Shown: positions 49,922 to 57,112 of the stretch, piece by piece
How positions within the stretch are numbered: position 1 is the first letter of the stretch
Layout of the letters: each line of letters starts with the position of its first letter
Assembly (NCBI GenBank): GCA_041740355.1
Contig: JBGSMD010000054.1
Coordinates: 1-57,112 of the forward strand
Reading direction: 5' to 3'
Origin: Bdellovibrionota bacterium
GTDB lineage: Bacteria; Bdellovibrionota_C; UBA2361; CALJRW01
DNA length: 57,112 nucleotides
Position numbers and translations under genes: made by a program
The notes under the pieces: generated by a model
Databases searched by the model: none
What the model saw: only the letters and a program-made list of their open reading frames with translations
What the model was told of the DNA's origin: nothing

Positions 49922-50146
49922 TATAGTATCGACAAAAAATAATTTACTGCCTGCCTAGCCGAAGCTTCAGCGAAGGCTGGTTAGTAAATTAAACGAGTCA
50001 TTACGGCTAATACATATCTTGGATTCCTGACGCGCCGAAGCTTTAGCATCGACAGGATATCCCAAGCTTGCATAGCTAAAAACAACATAAATAGTAAGTC
50101 CAAGAAAATTGTTAGTATTTAAAGTAATTTACTTTTTGAACTCACT
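49922..50146 (-). mobile_element. MITE family A copy with two 32-nt inserts (49948-49979 and 50026-50057)
   Basis: Reverse complement of the 1-141 backbone; both hairpin loops filled with GCCGAAGCT-containing units. Confidence 0.85.
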
Positions 50147-50232
50147 GGAAATAAACAATTAAAATAGTAAATTTTAGATACAGTTATCGACTAAAAATTT
50201 GCAAATTTAACAATAAATCAGAACTAGTTTTA

Positions 50233-51189
50233 TTAATTTACCTGTTTGATAAAGGGCTTACCAGATAGAAACTTTTCCCGTCCTAATTGGTCAACTAGCC
50301 TGTTAGCATATGATTGTTGGCTTTCTGGACCCACTAAAACCCTAAAAAATTGGTTATTAGCTATGCTGTAGGTTTCTATTGTTGATTTAAAACCTGCAGC
50401 ATATAAATCACGAGAAAGTTTTTCAGCAGTTTCCTTGCTCTTACTGGTAGCTACTTGTACATACCATCCTGGCGAAAACGCTGTTTTATTAACAGCTTTA
50501 ACCGCTGGCATAGGTATCGGAGTCGCTACTGGGGAGCTAGAAGGCTTAGGGCTGGCAACGGGGCTCGGTGTCGGACTTGGTTTTACATAAACCGGAGAGG
50601 CACTCGGAGCTGGAGTAACTAAAGCACTCACCCCAGCCTGAACCGGAATGAGAGTCGGCTCAGCGATAATAGCACCAACTTCAACTTTTTGAATTTCCTG
50701 ATCAGGGATAACTTGAGTGATTGCTGGTTCAATAATGATTTCTTTTGCTGCCAAGCTTTGTAAATCAAGCTCTTCCTCTGGGGAAGCTGATGGAGAAGAC
50801 TCCGGGGCGACTAATGTTTCCTGTTGTTTGAGGAAATCTTCTTCTAAAGCCGCCAAGTCAGGTTCGACTTCGGGAGTTGGCAATGGGATAATTTTTTTGG
50901 TATCAGCAAGTTCTGGATTAGCAAGTGGATCTACGGGAGTTTCAGGCTGTTCAATAACCTTTGCATAAAGTTGATTTAGATCTTCATCTGCTAGATCCTG
51001 TGGGGCATCTTCGAATACAGATAGCCTGGGAGTATTTTTAATTGCTTTTGTTAAGGCATCATCATAACCAACAGCATGCCCTGCCCGAAAGCCAAAGAAA
51101 TATGCTAAGAATAATGCCATGACTATGCATACTAGTAATAAGGCAAATTCCCAGGCTTTTAAATTAAGTTTCCAACTATTGTCTTGCAA
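50233..51189 (-). CDS. SPOR domain protein (FtsN/DedD-like)
   Basis: N-terminal TM segment, Pro/Ser-rich linker, WYVQVA..FRVLVGP. Confidence 0.9.
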   Translation of the reverse strand: MQDNSWKLNLKAWEFALLLVCIVMALFLAYFFGFRAGHAVGYDDALTKAIKNTPRLSVFEDAPQDLADEDLNQLYAKVIEQPETPVDPLANPELADTKKIIPLPTPEVEPDLAALEEDFLKQQETLVAPESSPSASPEEELDLQSLAAKEIIIEPAITQVIPDQEIQKVEVGAIIAEPTLIPVQAGVSALVTPAPSASPVYVKPSPTPSPVASPKPSSSPVATPIPMPAVKAVNKTAFSPGWYVQVATSKSKETAEKLSRDLYAAGFKSTIETYSIANNQFFRVLVGPESQQSYANRLVDQLGREKFLSGKPFIKQVN

Positions 51190-51289
51190 GGCTACTCTAG
51201 AGATAACTAAACGATGCCTCCCAGTTTAATGAAGAGCGAGAAATTTGGCAACTGCTGAATTCAGCAATTTGGTGTAATGGAATACTAGA

Positions 51290-52453
51290 TTACTCTCCCT
51301 TTAGAGTTAACAACTGCAATAAGTCCTTTACAGTAAACAAACCTACAGACAATACTTGTAGTTCTAAATCATTACACTCATTTTTCAAAATTTTTTGCCG
51401 AAGTTGTGGTGAATTAAAAAATAAATTCAGACTGTCTAAGAGTAAGTATACTTGATCAAGATAATCAGGAACAAGGCCTTTCATCACAGCCTTTTTTCGA
51501 TATCCCGAAAGTAATATAAGACTCCAAAATAAATTTAAAAGAGGCACTGGTATTGAGGAAATCTCTATCATACGATCCCAGGATTTATCTTTAATCCCCA
51601 AAGCTTCCAATCTGCTTGCAGTCATTTGTAAATACCATCCCAGATTATTACGTTGGGGTAATACTGCTTCATCATAATAAAGGTCGGTACTTGGCTCAGA
51701 TCCAGATAATAATAAGGTTAATTTAAACTGATCTACTGTTCTTTCTAACTCTCTATATTTTGAGACAATATCTAGATCTAAATCTTTCAACCAAGAAGCA
51801 TGTGGGATTTGGATCTGTAAATTCTTCTTCGTAGTCGATGTTTCTCGATAAATCTTAGATATTTCTGATTTACTTAATTGCTCCGGACTTAGCCACAGAG
51901 TCAGATGCATTATCTTCGCATCTAACTTTTTAACTAAAGTAATTAATTCTTCATTCATCTGGCATTTAGCGGAACAGGGCTTTGATTCTAATAGCCGTAA
52001 ATTTACCTGAGAATACTGCTCAGTGTAATTGTCTGCAAAAACTGAGATTTTGGCTTTACCCTTACTCAAGTTTAACTGTAATGCAGCTAATGATAAAATT
52101 CTGATAAAATAACTATCTATTCGCCCAGTACCAGCTAATGGAAAAAAAATCTGACACTCCGGAATAACATCTAAGAAATCTAACTGCCCGGGGAAATATC
52201 GATTAATGGTCACATTAAGATGTCCAGACACAATCGTTAGATAAAAGTCATCGTTAAAAACTAGTAATTTAGAGATTAATCCCTGAGATATCTCCTCGGG
52301 AGATTTTTTTATTTTTTGTGCGTAGCGAATTAAAACATCCGATGTTAATTGCCCATGTGCTAAATCACTGGCTACCTCGAGTATTATTGGCAAATCAAAC
52401 TCCGCAAGATTTGCTTTTAAAAAAGATTCAATTGTACTTTCAATTTTAGACAT
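51290..52453 (-). CDS. Arginyl-tRNA synthetase-like protein lacking the HIGH motif
   Basis: N-domain HGQLTSD..AQKIKKSPEEI..GHLN; C-terminal NNLGWYLQMTASRL and DALR-like helices; argS-SPOR gene order; 387 aa. Confidence 0.7.
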   Translation of the reverse strand: MSKIESTIESFLKANLAEFDLPIILEVASDLAHGQLTSDVLIRYAQKIKKSPEEISQGLISKLLVFNDDFYLTIVSGHLNVTINRYFPGQLDFLDVIPECQIFFPLAGTGRIDSYFIRILSLAALQLNLSKGKAKISVFADNYTEQYSQVNLRLLESKPCSAKCQMNEELITLVKKLDAKIMHLTLWLSPEQLSKSEISKIYRETSTTKKNLQIQIPHASWLKDLDLDIVSKYRELERTVDQFKLTLLLSGSEPSTDLYYDEAVLPQRNNLGWYLQMTASRLEALGIKDKSWDRMIEISSIPVPLLNLFWSLILLSGYRKKAVMKGLVPDYLDQVYLLLDSLNLFFNSPQLRQKILKNECNDLELQVLSVGLFTVKDLLQLLTLKGE

Positions 52454-53396
52454 GATTAATTTGTGTAAGAATTTTTTTGGCAATTTTATTTTTCAAGCCT
52501 AAGCTTTTTAACTTTGCTTCTGCGTGATAAGCACCAACAACGATGATCAATAAATTAGTAAGGGTATCCTCAGAATCCAGCTCGACTGGTAATTGCTGAA
52601 GCTTTTCTATCAGATCCCTCTGAGTAGTACCAAGAGTCCCAAAAAGATTATCAAATACTCCTAACTGTATTAATTCGATAAACATTTGATTCGCTAATGA
52701 GGACTTAGACATAATAAGCAACTCATTACTGATACGGTAACTGGCAATACTCTGAAGCACGTTCTGTTGAAGCGCAATCATTAATAGAGCCTTCGTTTTA
52801 GTATGATAGTCACCATTCAAAATTATTTTGTAGCGAACAGCTCGAAAAATGCGTGTCGGATCATCAAGAAAACTTTTATCATGCAAAACGCGGATAGATT
52901 TATGATCTAAATCTGTAATTCCAGCATGTTGATCAATTATTAGTCGGCGCAAATCTTTTAGAGGTAAGTTCTTAGAAAATATCTCCAGATATTCAGATAA
53001 CTCGATTGCTAAAGAATTTATTGTAAAATCGCGTCGTGCTAAATCTGTTATTAAATCTCCACTCGAAATCTTTGGCATCTGTCCAGAACGTAAATAATTC
53101 TCTTGGCGAAACTGGCAAAAATCAAGATTAGTAATTTCTAACAACTTTTGAAATTTTGCATTTAATTTAATAGAAGCTGTTAAAAACTCTGGATAGATAA
53201 TAAGTTCTGAATCTAAGTCCTCTGCTAATTTTGGCAAAAAATCTAATAAACCCGTACTCAAAGAAAAATCTAAATCCTGACTAACCATTCCATGTAACTG
53301 GTCACGGAGATACCCTCCCACGAGATAGCATTTTAGGCCTAGTTCTTCGGCCAGATTCTGGATTGATTGAAAGAGTTTAATTCTCTGTTGATTCAC
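52446..53396 (-). CDS. Class II tRNA nucleotidyltransferase (short, A-adding-like)
   Basis: LVGGYLRD, DLD, DLARRDFTINS, SFLDDPTRIFRAVRY. Confidence 0.88.
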   Translation of the reverse strand: MNQQRIKLFQSIQNLAEELGLKCYLVGGYLRDQLHGMVSQDLDFSLSTGLLDFLPKLAEDLDSELIIYPEFLTASIKLNAKFQKLLEITNLDFCQFRQENYLRSGQMPKISSGDLITDLARRDFTINSLAIELSEYLEIFSKNLPLKDLRRLIIDQHAGITDLDHKSIRVLHDKSFLDDPTRIFRAVRYKIILNGDYHTKTKALLMIALQQNVLQSIASYRISNELLIMSKSSLANQMFIELIQLGVFDNLFGTLGTTQRDLIEKLQQLPVELDSEDTLTNLLIIVVGAYHAEAKLKSLGLKNKIAKKILTQINHV

Positions 53397-56079
53397 TTTG
53401 AACTTGCTCAGTAAGTTTATAAATGACCTCTAGGGCCTCGCGCGGTGAAAGATGATTAGGATTTATAGCTTTAATTTGTTTAGCTAAGCCCTCTAAGAAT
53501 TCCTTTTGAGGGAATGCCTTACTCAATTCTTTGCTAGTGATTTTTGGAGATTCTGTAAATAAAGTAATTTGTGCGCTAGCTGATAAACTCTTAACTACTT
53601 CACTTGGAGTATTACTAATAATGCTTGCCGCACGCTCTAATAACTTTGTTGGTAAGCCCGCAAGTTTAGCTACCTCTAATCCATAGGAATTATTAGCAGC
53701 ACCTGCAACGATCTCATGAGTGAATAATACTTGATCGTCAATATCCACTGAGGCCACAGAATAATTACTAACCTCTACATAATGATTAGCAAGCTCTGTT
53801 AGTTGATGAAAATGTGTAGCAAACAAAGTGCGTGCTTTTGTATCTTTTATTAACCATTCTAAAACAGCCTGTGCTAAAGCAAAACCATCGGTGGTAGAAG
53901 TTCCTCGACCTAATTCATCAACTAAGACTAATGATCTTTCCGTACTACTACGAATAATTTCGGAAGCTTCTTTCATTTCTAACATAAATGTTGAGTCGCC
54001 TTCCAGTAAGTCATCGCTAGCACCGATTCGTGCAAAAATGCGATCAACTAATCCAATTTCTGCCGACTCTGCTGGCACAAAGCAACCAATTTGCGCCATA
54101 ATAATAATCAAAGCTGTCTGTCGCAGATAAGTCGACTTACCTCCCATGTTAGGACCAGTTAGAATGATGCAATTTGCAGCTTTGGGACTAAGAAAAAGAT
54201 CGTTGCAAACAAAATCATTATTTAAAATTTGAGCAAGGATTGGGTGTCTTCCCTGCTGAATCATAATCTGTGCATGATTTTGTAATACTGGAGCTACCAG
54301 ATTTTGTTGCTGACTTAATTCAGCAAATCCTAAAAGGACATCAAGCTCGGCAACGAGCTTGTAAGCACCACGCAGAGCCTGACTCTCAGGCAAGACCTTG
54401 ATTCTTAACTCCTGAAATAAGTCACGTTCTAGGGCGAGTAATTTACTCTCAGCACTAACTAAGTCTTCCTCTAATTTTTTAAGTTCCGGCGTATAAAATC
54501 TTTCTGAATTTACAGTGCTTTGTTTTCTGATAAAATGTTCCGGAACTTTACCCAAATTAGCTTTAGTAACTTCAAAAAAGTAACCTTGTAAATTGTTGTA
54601 GCGAATTCTTAAAGAAGCAATTCCGGTTTTAGCGCTTTCTGATTCCTCTAATTCTTTAATAAGTTTTTGTCCATTACTCTTTAAATTACGATAGTAAGCT
54701 AAATCAGGATGGTAGGAATCATTAAAAATGTTACCCTCACTAAAAACTACTGCCGGTTCACTTTGTAGACTTTCCACTAATAATGTAATCAATGCCTCGG
54801 GGATTACTAACTCGCTTACAAAACGTTTTAAAAATCCTAACTCGTTTTCAGCAACTAGATCTGAAGTCAGATTTTTTAATTGTTTGATAAATAGCAAGCT
54901 TTCTCTGACTGCCGCTAACTCGCGAGGGTTAATTACATTAAGTTCAATCCGAGTGGCTAATCGTTCCAGGTCATTAATTTTTTCCAAGATCTTAGAGATA
55001 TTTTCTGACGCAAAATAGTTTTGTAAAAACTTTTGAATTGCGGCTTGTCGTTCCTGAAGAAGTTTTAAATTGTAGCTTGGTGCTAAAACCCATCGTTTTA
55101 ATAATCTTTGTCCACCAGCAGTGCGGGTTTTATCTAAATAATTTAGAAGACTGCCTTCCTTATTCCCCGTTCGTTGATTACTAATTAAATCTAAATTATT
55201 TCTGGTACTAGCATCAATTAATAAGGTTTGAATTTCTTGTTCTCTTAGAACTTGTTGAATGGGGATTGTTTGCTGAACAGTAACTTCATCAAGGTAACTT
55301 ATAAGCAAGCGACAAGCACTCTTGCTACTAGCATCTAATAAACTATAACCTAAAATCCCATTAAGATCCCTAGCACTCTGTTCCCATTTAGAATTATGAT
55401 CGGTCCTAAACCGTAAAATCAAATCAGAGTTGCGACGCTCCAGCTCACGGATCATTGTTAAGCGACGATCAATACTTTTGCCTTCAATTATTTTTGGAAG
55501 GATCAATTCTTTTGGTAATAATTGAGCAAATTTCAGGAGCAAGCTCTCCCGATCTAAATTATCAAACACTCCAATAATTCCACTTGCCGGATAACAATAT
55601 GCTAAAGAAAAATTAAAGCGATCAGTTGATTCTAATTCCGAACGAAAATCTAAATATAGTGCCGCTATAATCTGGTCATCATGAGCATTGGCATTACCTA
55701 GCAGTTGAATACCCGGTGTAATAATTCGCTCTAATTTTCTTTGGACAGGCCCTTTGCCAGCAACTCCTACTTGACTAACAATTGCCACAGCTAAATTCTG
55801 ATCAATTAATCGAGCAGCATAATTATCAACTACCGAAAGAGGCACACCACACATGGGAATCGGATTTTCAGAATTTTTATCCCGACTTGTTAGTGTTAAG
55901 TTAAGTCGCTTCGAAATGGTAACGGCATCATCAAAGAAGGCTTCATAGAAATCACCTACTTGAATTAGTATCAAACAATCTGGGTATTCTTTTTTATACT
56001 CCAAATATTGTTGGAGCATGGGTGGAAGGTTTTGGTAGAGATTAGAGATTTCGGGCTGTGGACTGCAAAAATCAGACAC
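53377..56079 (-). CDS. mutS: DNA mismatch repair protein MutS
   Basis: PMLQQY, GDFYE, TGPNMGGKST, DELGRGTST, FATHF, clamp motif QITLF. Confidence 0.98.
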   Translation of the reverse strand: MSDFCSPQPEISNLYQNLPPMLQQYLEYKKEYPDCLILIQVGDFYEAFFDDAVTISKRLNLTLTSRDKNSENPIPMCGVPLSVVDNYAARLIDQNLAVAIVSQVGVAGKGPVQRKLERIITPGIQLLGNANAHDDQIIAALYLDFRSELESTDRFNFSLAYCYPASGIIGVFDNLDRESLLLKFAQLLPKELILPKIIEGKSIDRRLTMIRELERRNSDLILRFRTDHNSKWEQSARDLNGILGYSLLDASSKSACRLLISYLDEVTVQQTIPIQQVLREQEIQTLLIDASTRNNLDLISNQRTGNKEGSLLNYLDKTRTAGGQRLLKRWVLAPSYNLKLLQERQAAIQKFLQNYFASENISKILEKINDLERLATRIELNVINPRELAAVRESLLFIKQLKNLTSDLVAENELGFLKRFVSELVIPEALITLLVESLQSEPAVVFSEGNIFNDSYHPDLAYYRNLKSNGQKLIKELEESESAKTGIASLRIRYNNLQGYFFEVTKANLGKVPEHFIRKQSTVNSERFYTPELKKLEEDLVSAESKLLALERDLFQELRIKVLPESQALRGAYKLVAELDVLLGFAELSQQQNLVAPVLQNHAQIMIQQGRHPILAQILNNDFVCNDLFLSPKAANCIILTGPNMGGKSTYLRQTALIIIMAQIGCFVPAESAEIGLVDRIFARIGASDDLLEGDSTFMLEMKEASEIIRSSTERSLVLVDELGRGTSTTDGFALAQAVLEWLIKDTKARTLFATHFHQLTELANHYVEVSNYSVASVDIDDQVLFTHEIVAGAANNSYGLEVAKLAGLPTKLLERAASIISNTPSEVVKSLSASAQITLFTESPKITSKELSKAFPQKEFLEGLAKQIKAINPNHLSPREALEVIYKLTEQVQSESTEN

Positions 56080-56103
56080 TTTAGTTACCCCATTTACAAA
56101 TGT

Positions 56104-56141
56104 TAAGACAGCTTGATAGCCGAAGCCATCAAACTGTCTTA
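56104..56141. other. Stem-loop upstream of mutS
   Basis: TAAGACAG-C-TTGAT-A-GC-CGAA-GC-C-ATCAA-A-CTGTCTTA. Confidence 0.55.
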
Positions 56142-56168
56142 TTTCGGTTAACTCGCATTATTCATCAG

Positions 56169-56277
56169 TGCACGTAGCGAGGGAAAGTAGTTTGGTTTCA
56201 GTTTGGACTAAAAAAGCACAGTGAGACCGAGGTCTCGCGAGCATTTTTTCGTTCAAAATGGGGCCAAGCGCTGTGCA
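56169..56277 (+). repeat. ~110-nt imperfect stem-loop (repeat element or structured RNA)
   Basis: Nested pairings TGCAC/GTGCA, AGCG/CGCT, TTGGTTTCA/TGGGGCCAA, TTTGGAC/GTTCAAA, A6/T6, GTGAGACC/GGTCTCGC. Confidence 0.6.
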
Positions 56278-56534
56278 GCCTGTTGATCGGCGGAAGTTTT
56301 CTCGGCGCGGTGCTGCTCACCCAACGCCTGGCGCGCAGCCTGCAACCCACCCAGGGACCTCGGCTTTCGGCCGCGCTGATCGCCCTGTATGGCTTTACCC
56401 AATTGATCGGACCCTGGCTGGTGCGCCTGGGATTTGACTATGGCATCAGCTTGCAAGGCAGCCTCTGGTTTGGTGCTGCAGCTTTACTGATCAGCTTTGT
56501 GTGCATGCTGAAAGTGTCGGATCTGCGGCATTAA
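56268..56534 (+). CDS. 3' fragment of a YbfB/YjiJ-like MFS transporter (GC-rich segment)
   Basis: ALCSLLIGGSFLGAVLLTQRLAR..LYGFTQLIGPW, the last TM segments of an MFS; no 5' part present. Confidence 0.7.
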   Translation, partial: ALCSLLIGGSFLGAVLLTQRLARSLQPTQGPRLSAALIALYGFTQLIGPWLVRLGFDYGISLQGSLWFGAAALLISFVCMLKVSDLRH

Positions 56535-56590
56535 TGCAGCAGTACATCCTCTGAGCGAACTTGTGTTCTAATGCAAAAAAGGAGAAAAAA

Positions 56591-57019
56591 ATGCCCCTGT
56601 TTAAAAATACGGTCACACAACTGTCTGCCATCACCCTGGCGCTCACTCTGGCTTCTGCCAGCGCTTTCGCCGAGCCACCGCATGACAAAGGTAAAAAAGC
56701 CGACAAGCGCGATCATCCGCACTCAAGTCAGCACCAGGATAAGCCGGCGATCAGCATCGAAGACGCCGTGGTTCGCAGCCTGTTCAGGGATCAGCGCCGC
56801 TACCTCGAACCGGCACAGCCGTTGCCGCCCGGCATTCGCAAAAATCTGGCCCGGGGCAAGCCGCTGCCACCCGGCATCGCCAAACGCTTCGACCCTCGCA
56901 TGGAAGCGCGCCTGCCCCAGTATCCCGGGTATGACTGGCGCCAGGTAGGTAGCGACGCCGTACTGGTCACAGCTGCCACCGGCATTGTCGAGGCCATTCT
57001 GATTAACGTACTGGAATAA
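56591..57019 (+). CDS. CigR/RcnB-like periplasmic protein
   Basis: GGAG ribosome-binding site, signal peptide, LPPGIRKNLARGKPLPPGIAK, LPQYPGYDW. Confidence 0.85.
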   Translation: MPLFKNTVTQLSAITLALTLASASAFAEPPHDKGKKADKRDHPHSSQHQDKPAISIEDAVVRSLFRDQRRYLEPAQPLPPGIRKNLARGKPLPPGIAKRFDPRMEARLPQYPGYDWRQVGSDAVLVTAATGIVEAILINVLE

Positions 57020-57112
57020 CCCAACGCGGAGCTGGCGGCTGACCTAGTTGGCTCCGACACCTCAGGACATGTTTTTATGCGCCGTTTGAACGGTGACGGC
57101 GCTATTCTCAGG

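Noticed and set aside
544-55018. Numerous short antisense or alternate-frame ORFs in the ORF track (e.g. 544-867, 6765-7154, 26206-26667, 53828-54130)
   Set aside because: Shadows of well-supported genes, with no motifs or ribosome-binding sites.
56223-56236. Back-to-back BsaI sites GAGACC-GA-GGTCTC suggesting a cloning vector
   Set aside because: It is the apex of a much longer natural-looking imperfect hairpin, with no vector or sgRNA scaffold sequence adjacent, and the composition switch is about 30 nt further on.
1-57112. CRISPR array or cas genes
   Set aside because: Repeats are dispersed and palindromic, with no regular repeat-spacer periodicity and no cas motifs.

Overview
AT-rich chromosomal segment (roughly 35% GC by eye). 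Gene content and order (gspC-N operon, bamD, pal, argS-like gene next to SPOR) suggest a Deltaproteobacteria/Bdellovibrionota-like bacterium; this is inference. Main content: a type II secretion operon (gspCDEFGHIJ-LMN, no gspK), housekeeping genes (bamD, yceI, pal, M20 peptidase, rarA, rplM-rpsI, hisD, hemB, thiolase, desaturase, trxA, prmA, purHD, tRNA nucleotidyltransferase, mutS), a very AT-rich glycosyltransferase/sulfotransferase island (~39.7-43.9 kb), an AAA+ ATPase pseudogene, and an abrupt switch at ~56.27 kb to GC-rich, Pseudomonas-like sequence (probable chimeric join). Most notable: (1) a two-tier repeat system in which TATAGT-ended, Correia-like MITEs fill many intergenic gaps and a ~30-nt GCCGAAGCTTTAGCGAAGGC hairpin has inserted repeatedly, without target duplication, into the loops of the MITE hairpins (empty and filled sites both visible); (2) an intact ArgRS-like protein without the HIGH motif, translationally coupled to a short tRNA nucleotidyltransferase; (3) a radical-SAM-like protein without CxxxCxxC but with a beta-clamp motif; (4) a putative HU-like/SUFU fusion. 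All family calls come from motif recognition by eye; no searches were run.
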